Assembly: GCA_963798285.1 (NCBI GenBank)
Contig: CAWCSR010000003.1
Coordinates: 66,777 to 130,776, forward strand
DNA from: an uncultured Thermoleophilia bacterium
GTDB taxonomy: Bacteria > Actinomycetota > Thermoleophilia > UBA2241
Direction of reading: 5' to 3'
Length of the DNA: 64,000 bases
The notes under the pieces were generated by a model. It made no database searches and had not been told where the DNA came from. It was given only the letters and a program-made list of their open reading frames with translations. Every line of letters starts with the position of its first letter. The stretch's first letter is position 1. A program made the position numbers and the translations under genes. Positions 58,523 through 64,000 of the stretch are shown piece by piece.

Positions 58523-59719
58523 GTGTCTTCACCGACGCCGACCGACACAGGAGACGCTCCCCAGCAAGGAGGCGACCGTCGCGTGACGCGGTCGTCGCGT
58601 AAGGCGCGGGCGACGCGGCTCCGGCGGCAGCGACTCCTGGTACTGCTGGTCGCCGCCGGCGTGGTCGCCGTGGTGGTCGTGCTGCTCTTCACGGTCGGCC
58701 CGTTTGCCTCGCATCTCGACCGCCCGGGGGCTCCGCCCCTCGGCTACCTCCGCAAGCCGCTCGGCGGCCGGCAGTACCGGGTGACCGCGTGGACGCTCGG
58801 CGACGCCGCCTCGCTCAAGGCCGCGGCCGCCGCGAACGCAGTGGACGAGGTCGACTTCGACTGGTACCACACGCAGGCGGACGGCAGCGTGACCGCCCAG
58901 GACGAGAATCCGCAACTGGTGGGAGCCGCCCGCGGCTACGACCTCAACCTCTTCGCCACGGTCACCAACTCCACCAGCTCCGGCACTGCGTTCAGTCGGG
59001 CCGTCGCGGCGGCGGTGCTGGCTTCGCCCGTCCGCCGCCGCCGCTTCGTCGACGACCTCGTCGCCCTGGTGAAGGGCATGGGTTACGACGGCGTCGACCT
59101 CGACTGGGAGGAGCTCAAGCCGGCCGACCGCGACCGCTTCTCGGCACTCGTGGACCAGCTCGCCGGCGCGCTGCACGGCGAGGGCCGCTTCCTCTCCATC
59201 GCCGTGATCCCCAAGACGGCCGAACCCGGCGAGTGGGACAACCAGAAGTACGCCGACTGGACCCGCATCGGCAAGGCCGTGGACGAGTTCAAGATCATGA
59301 CCTACAGCTACAGCGGCCCTTGGGGCGACCCAGGTCCGCAGGCGCCGCTGGCGTGGGTGGACCGCGTACTGACGTTCGCCGAGCGCGCAGTGCCGCCGGG
59401 CAAGGTCTTCATGGGCCTGCCGTTCTACGGATTCGACTGGCACGGCGGCTCTGTCGCCACCGTCTCCGCCCACCGCGGCGCCTCGCTGGCTCAGGCTCAC
59501 GGCGCCACCGTGAACCGCGACCCGGCCTCGCAGGAGGCCACGATGACCTTCACCGACCGCGGCGTGACGCACACCGTGTACTTCCAGGACGAGAAGGCCG
59601 TCGCCGCCAAGCTCGCGGCGCTCCGCGCCGATCACCCCAGGATCGCCGGCATCAGCGCGTGGGTGATGGGCCAGGAGGCCTCCGGCTTCTGGCCCCTGAT
59701 CGCGCGCAAACTGCGCTGA
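58523..59719 (+). CDS. Membrane-anchored glycoside hydrolase family 18 protein (chitinase/YaaH-like)
   Basis: 398 aa. TM LLVLLVAAGVVAVVVVLLF. Catalytic YDGVDLDWEE (DxxDxDxE). MTYSYSG. Confidence 0.75.
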   Translation: MSSPTPTDTGDAPQQGGDRRVTRSSRKARATRLRRQRLLVLLVAAGVVAVVVVLLFTVGPFASHLDRPGAPPLGYLRKPLGGRQYRVTAWTLGDAASLKAAAAANAVDEVDFDWYHTQADGSVTAQDENPQLVGAARGYDLNLFATVTNSTSSGTAFSRAVAAAVLASPVRRRRFVDDLVALVKGMGYDGVDLDWEELKPADRDRFSALVDQLAGALHGEGRFLSIAVIPKTAEPGEWDNQKYADWTRIGKAVDEFKIMTYSYSGPWGDPGPQAPLAWVDRVLTFAERAVPPGKVFMGLPFYGFDWHGGSVATVSAHRGASLAQAHGATVNRDPASQEATMTFTDRGVTHTVYFQDEKAVAAKLAALRADHPRIAGISAWVMGQEASGFWPLIARKLR

Positions 59720-59857
59720 GACCGGCCCCGCGAGTGACAGGCCGAGCCTGCGTTCGTGCTCGCTCAGGACCTCCGCTCTTCACAGTCGGGCCGCCCGCCG
59801 TGCCCAGCCGCAGGCGCGTGCAGTAGCGGAAGGGCCTGCTACTTGGCGGCCGCGTCT

Positions 59858-61432
59858 CTACCTGGCGGCCGCGTCTCCGGCGCTGACCTGCACACCGGTC
59901 ACCAGCGACTCGACCACGTGGACCATGTCCGCCGCGGAGAGGTCGCCGGAGACGGTGACCGTGAACAGGGGGTCGCGTACCCAGAGGTGCGGCAGCACGC
60001 TCGGATCCACGACGATGTGCGCGACGCGACCGGCGAACGGCCCGGAGTGGATGACCACGTCGCGCGTCCGGGACTCGTAGTAGCGCCACGTGCGACCGGA
60101 GAGCTGCGCGAAGGGGTCACCGAAGTGCGTGCGGTACTTCTTCCCGTTCACCTCCATGAAACCGTATCCGTGATCGGTCGGCTGCGCTCCCACGTAGATC
60201 GCGTCGAATCCGTGCCTGTAGGCCAGCGACACGACGCAGGAATCCTGCGAAGGGTGCGCCGGACCGCCGTCGACGCTCGCGAGCGTCGTGGCCGCGTAGG
60301 TGGCCCCCGTGCGCGAGAAGCCGAACGGCATCCAGGTCGGGAAGGCCGGCTCGTCGTGGATCCAGTCCCGCAGCACGGTCTGGTCGCCGAACGGGATCGC
60401 CTTGAACCCGGCGGAGCTTCCATTGGGCCCCACGGAGAACTCGGTCCCGGTGGGCACGAGGTGGGCATCACGCGGGATGGCCAGCCTGAACGCGTCCGCG
60501 GACAGCGTACCGTCGCCGGCGTAGGAGATTCGCACCTGACTGACGGCGCCACCGCTCGTGCTCGTGAACCGCACCGGAAACAGGGTCCGCTTGTCGACCG
60601 CGATCCGCACCCTGTAAGCCACCGGCTCCCCTGCGCCGTTCCCGCTCGAAGCCATGGTCGTGGCGATGACCCAGCACTCCCTGCCGTCAACCGTGACTTG
60701 CCGCAAGTCGAGAGACCCGAGTCCGAGCAACTGGCGCAGGTAGCTGCGGAGCGTGAGCAGCGGGAGGTCCGCGGGGAAGGGCCGGCTCATGTACGGCTGG
60801 CCTGCGGCCATGTCGTGGAGGACGACGGCCTGGTCGGACGACCCAGGCACGATCCAGAGGACGCTCGCCGTCCGAGACGGCGCGTCCCAGACAGCCTGCA
60901 CGTGACCAGGCGGCATGGTGAGCCAGCCGAAGATGAGGGGCAGAGCGCTGCCGACGTCGCCCAGTCTGCGCGCCCGGACGCGGTAGCTCCCAGTCGAGCT
61001 GACCAGGAACTTCTCGCGCGCACCCGGCACGAACCGGCCGTCCTCGTAGGTCCCGGCGATCACGACGCCGTTCAAGAACGCCGCCGACCCGGTCGCCCTC
61101 AGCGAGGCGCGGATGACCTGCTTGGCCGTGGCCGGCTCCGGGCCCCCGAGCGGGGCGATGGGCTGCGGGAGGCCACCATGACGAACGGCCTCCCGTCCAG
61201 GCCCGAGCAGCATGATCAGGAACACGGCCGCGACCGCTGCCGCGGCGACGGCTGCGACCACCAGCCGCCGGCGCCGGCCGCGACGCCCAGGACGATCGGT
61301 CACGGCGGCAGCGCCCGGCGCGGCGACGGCGGCGTCGAGGCGGGCGACCAGGCTGGTCATGAAGTCCGGCTCGCGGTCTGGTACGGGGATCGCGCGGACC
61401 GCCGCCCCTACCTGCGGGTCACGATCGCTCAT
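59858..61432 (-). CDS. Putative anti-sigma factor: single-pass membrane protein with a large extracytoplasmic domain
   Basis: 524 aa. ATGA overlap with the ECF sigma gene. TM LVVAAVAAAAVAAVFLIMLL around residue 60. No recognisable catalytic motifs. Confidence 0.5.
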   Translation of the reverse strand: MSDRDPQVGAAVRAIPVPDREPDFMTSLVARLDAAVAAPGAAAVTDRPGRRGRRRRLVVAAVAAAAVAAVFLIMLLGPGREAVRHGGLPQPIAPLGGPEPATAKQVIRASLRATGSAAFLNGVVIAGTYEDGRFVPGAREKFLVSSTGSYRVRARRLGDVGSALPLIFGWLTMPPGHVQAVWDAPSRTASVLWIVPGSSDQAVVLHDMAAGQPYMSRPFPADLPLLTLRSYLRQLLGLGSLDLRQVTVDGRECWVIATTMASSGNGAGEPVAYRVRIAVDKRTLFPVRFTSTSGGAVSQVRISYAGDGTLSADAFRLAIPRDAHLVPTGTEFSVGPNGSSAGFKAIPFGDQTVLRDWIHDEPAFPTWMPFGFSRTGATYAATTLASVDGGPAHPSQDSCVVSLAYRHGFDAIYVGAQPTDHGYGFMEVNGKKYRTHFGDPFAQLSGRTWRYYESRTRDVVIHSGPFAGRVAHIVVDPSVLPHLWVRDPLFTVTVSGDLSAADMVHVVESLVTGVQVSAGDAAAR

Positions 61433-62121
61433 GGCTCCTCCTCATCGTCGCCGGCCCCTGACTCCGAGGGCCCGAGCGCGGACCTCAGCTTGGCCCGCGC
61501 ACCGGATACCCGCGACGCAACCGTGCCCTGCGGTATACCAAGGGCCTCGGCCGCGCGGGCGAAGCTGAGACCCCACGCGTCCACGAGAACGACGGCCGCA
61601 CGCTGCTCGGACGGCAGTGAGCGCAACACCTCGGCGAAGTCCAGACTCGCATCGACTTCGCCGGACGGATCTCGGCGCCCGCCCAGGCGCTCGAGCGCGG
61701 GCGCGGGATCGTCACCCGTCGCCTGAGGCCGCCGGGAGACGCTGCGCAGATGATTGAGGCACGTGGTGTACACGATGCGGTAGAGCCACGTGCCGAGATC
61801 TGCGTCCTCGCGGAACCCGGGCAGCCCGACGTAGGCCTTGACGTAGGCGTCCTGCAACACGTCCCGGGTGGACTCGCGGTCCCGGACCATGTGGAAGGTG
61901 AGCGCCCGCAGTCGCTCGTCGTAGTGATCGACGATGGCGACGAACGCGTCTCGGTCCCCATTCCTAGCGGCCGCGAGCTGTCGCTCGACCGGGACGCGGT
62001 CCACGTCAGTCCACTCGTCCTTCGACGACCACCTCACGCCGGCCCCTCTCCCGAGTGAGTCGCCCCGCACCGTCCGGCCCCACCCCGCTGTCGCGGAAGT
62101 ACCCATCACCCGGTTTGACAC
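61429..62121 (-). CDS. ECF-type RNA polymerase sigma-70 factor (start uncertain)
   Basis: Region 2 DVLQDAYVKAY...TWLYRIVYTTCLNHLR. Region 4 LPSEQRAAVVLVDAWGLSFARAAEALGIPQGTVASRVSGARAKL. Confidence 0.8.
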   Translation of the reverse strand: MSNRVMGTSATAGWGRTVRGDSLGRGAGVRWSSKDEWTDVDRVPVERQLAAARNGDRDAFVAIVDHYDERLRALTFHMVRDRESTRDVLQDAYVKAYVGLPGFREDADLGTWLYRIVYTTCLNHLRSVSRRPQATGDDPAPALERLGGRRDPSGEVDASLDFAEVLRSLPSEQRAAVVLVDAWGLSFARAAEALGIPQGTVASRVSGARAKLRSALGPSESGAGDDEEEP

Positions 62122-62258
62122 CGGCGACGTCCGGATCTTATCGAGGTACCCCGAGCATAAGCGCCAGTCATGTGCATTCTGGGAGCTACTTGACGCGCCG
62201 TTGCGACCGCGCCGATGCCCCTGCGAAGCGGTCGCCCGACTCCGGGTGAGGGCCGGGC

Positions 62259-62603
62259 CTACTCTTGCCTGACTATGTCGACCGAGATCTCCACCGCCGG
62301 GATCGTTCCTCTGTTCTCCAGCCAGTGTGTGGTCTTCCTGTCCTCGGGCCAGCCCACTCCCGGCCCGTAGTCCGTAGCGACTCCGTCTCTATGGTCGGTG
62401 ATCGTTCCTTGCAGAATGTAGACAGTGCCTGGTCTGCCCTTGTGGTCGTGAATCGGGCCGAAGACGCCGCCAGGCTCGATGGTCACCATACGCATGCGAA
62501 GTTGGCGCCCCGCCATGCCCTCGATCTCAGGGCCAAGGTCGACCGTTGCGAGCAGCTGCGCCGCAACACCCCGCGTCTCAGGCGCCGCCTCTTCGTCGCT
62601 CAC
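62259..62603 (-). CDS. Cupin domain protein
   Basis: 114 aa. VTIEPGGVFGPIHDHKGRPGTVYILQGT...HWLENRG. Confidence 0.55.
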   Translation of the reverse strand: MSDEEAAPETRGVAAQLLATVDLGPEIEGMAGRQLRMRMVTIEPGGVFGPIHDHKGRPGTVYILQGTITDHRDGVATDYGPGVGWPEDRKTTHWLENRGTIPAVEISVDIVRQE

Positions 62604-62950
62604 CGTGCCCTCCTTTTCTGTGCTTCCAGGGCCTGACGCACCGCATACTCTCTGCCCGGACTCCGGCTTACGCCTACTGCGGAGACCGTTGGGCGTCAGG
62701 CGATGTACGTGTCGGCCGGGAGGCGCCCACGTGTCGACGGGTCATCCGCGACGAGTGTGTGCATCGATGGCATCGATGATGATGGGCCAGTCGGCAGGAT
62801 GGAGCATGCCCCGACTTGAGCGCCAGTCCGTGGGCCAAAGGCAGGACAGGGTCCTCGGCGCCAGCCACGCCCAACATCGATGTACTGTCGGAGTGTGCGG
62901 CGCGGAGGGGGCGCGTTTCTCCCGTCCTTACCTCCTATCCCGTCCGTCAT

Positions 62951-62980
62951 TTGCCGGGCCTCGCGCACCCGTGATAGCAT
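62951..62980 (+). promoter_or_regulatory. Candidate sigma-70-type promoter for rpsT (TTGCCG, 18 nt spacer, TGATAGCAT extended -10)
   Basis: Motif match by eye about 70 nt upstream of the rpsT start. No other support. Confidence 0.3.
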
Positions 62981-63048
62981 TTCGCGTCCGGACGCAGCCC
63001 CACTGCACCTGGAACCAGTCACGAATCTAGCCTGATCGAAGGGATCAC

Positions 63049-63315
63049 GTGGCCAACATCAAGCAGCAGAAGAAGCGTATCCGCCTGGCCGCCAAGCAGC
63101 GGCTTCGCAACCGGCACGCCAAGTCGACCCTCAAGACGCTGTTCAAGCAGCTCGAGGACGAGGTAGCCGAGGGCCAGACCGAGGAAGCGACGAAGACCGC
63201 GACCTTCCTGACCTCGCGCATCGACAAGGCCGCCGCCAAGGGGATCCTTCACAAGAACAACGCCGCTCACAAGAAGAGCCGCGTCCAGCACACGCTGACG
63301 CAGCTCCCTTCCTGA
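63049..63315 (+). CDS. rpsT: 30S ribosomal protein S20
   Basis: MANIKQQKKRIRLAAKQRLRNRHAKS...AAKGILHKNNAAHKKSR. Confidence 0.95.
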   Translation: MANIKQQKKRIRLAAKQRLRNRHAKSTLKTLFKQLEDEVAEGQTEEATKTATFLTSRIDKAAAKGILHKNNAAHKKSRVQHTLTQLPS

Positions 63316-63332
63316 CGAGCGCGTAACGTCTG

Positions 63333-63377
63333 ACGACGAAGCGGGCGGGCCGCACGGCGGCCCGCCCGCTTCGTCGT
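63333..63377. terminator. Perfect 20-bp-stem hairpin between convergent rpsT and the MFS gene (bidirectional intrinsic terminator candidate)
   Basis: ACGACGAAGCGGGCGGGCCG-cacgg-CGGCCCGCCCGCTTCGTCGT, followed by TCCCGTCTTC. Confidence 0.7.
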
Positions 63378-63405
63378 TCCCGTCTTCGGACGCCAGCGCG
63401 GCCCT

Positions 63406-64000
63406 CTACGCCTGCCAGACGTCGCCCTGCGGCTCCAGCGCGGCCGCCTCGGGAGCATCCGCGTAGCGCCGCGGGCCGAGCACGAATACGACCAGCGAGG
63501 CGACTGTCGCGACCAGGATCACCAGCGTCATCGAAAGGGCGCTCGTGCCGCCGATCCCCACCAGCGGCGTCGCCAGCGCGCCGAGCACGATGCCGGTGGC
63601 CCCGAACACCGCTGCCGCCGACCCGGCGATCTCGGGATGGAGCGACAGCGCCAGGGCGATGGCGTTGGGCAGCAGCGACGCCATGCCCGACACGAGCACG
63701 AACAGGGGCACCGCCAGCGCCAGCACGTTGAGCGGCTGCGTGAACGACGCGGCGACGGCGACGGCCGCTGCCCCGGCGGAGACGAGCAGGTCCGCGAACA
63801 GCAACTGCCGCGGCGAGTAACGGCTCAGGAGCCGGTGGTTGATCTGGGTCGACGCAAGCATGCCGGCGGCGTTGATGGTGAAGAGGATGCTGAAGGCGGT
63901 CGGGGTCAGACCTCCCACCTCCTGGAAGACGAGGGAGACGCCGGTGAGGTAGCCGTAGAAGGCGGCCGAGGCGCAGGCGGCGGTCAGCAGCAGACCCACG
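63406..64000 (-). CDS. MFS transporter (Bcr/CflA-like), C-terminal part; the gene continues past the window end
   Basis: Hydrophobic multi-TM sequence ...FTINAAGMLASTQINHRLL...LPNAIALALS...; open to the window edge. Confidence 0.6.
   Translation of the reverse strand, partial: VGLLLTAACASAAFYGYLTGVSLVFQEVGGLTPTAFSILFTINAAGMLASTQINHRLLSRYSPRQLLFADLLVSAGAAAVAVAASFTQPLNVLALAVPLFVLVSGMASLLPNAIALALSLHPEIAGSAAAVFGATGIVLGALATPLVGIGGTSALSMTLVILVATVASLVVFVLGPRRYADAPEAAALEPQGDVWQA

Overview
The window is very GC-rich bacterial chromosomal DNA (roughly 70% G+C by eye, not computed), densely coding and mostly on the minus strand. Four things stand out. (1) Positions 48-6458 hold a chromosomal-type integron: a tyrosine recombinase with the IntI-specific insertion, an attI-like junction, and at least 9 attC-bounded cassettes. 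These include a Phd/ParE toxin-antitoxin pair, GrpB, a YCII-like protein, lipoproteins and membrane proteins. All cassette ORFs are co-oriented with intI, the 'inverted integrase' layout. (2) Positions 27582-34876 hold a translationally coupled Dlt-like envelope-acylation operon: flavoprotein, DltC-like carrier protein, a 65-aa DltX-like micro-protein ending in FRYVGF, an adenylating enzyme, two DltD-like proteins, an MBOAT, and a third DltD-like protein. I consider this the best candidate for an undescribed system. (3) Positions 12159-22837 hold three MoxR AAA+/VWA modules; two are tandem paralogs, one fused and one split. They sit next to DUF2284, an enolase-like protein, twin cNMP-binding proteins and a GAF-GGDEF cyclase. 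(4) Positions 42022-57272 hold a conserved housekeeping block: deoC, era, cdd, dgkA-PAP2, ybeY, phoH, yqeY, mtaB, prmA, dnaJ, hrcA, hemW, lepA, murJ. The window also contains pntAA/AB/B, tRNA-Leu(CAA), tatA and rpsT. Caveat: about 30-35 reading-frame breaks, mostly +1 insertions, interrupt otherwise well-conserved genes, including essential ones. This points to consensus indel errors rather than real pseudogenes. Taxon is not determinable here; the sequence looks like a high-GC monoderm-like lineage. Manually derived coordinates may be off by 1-3 nt.
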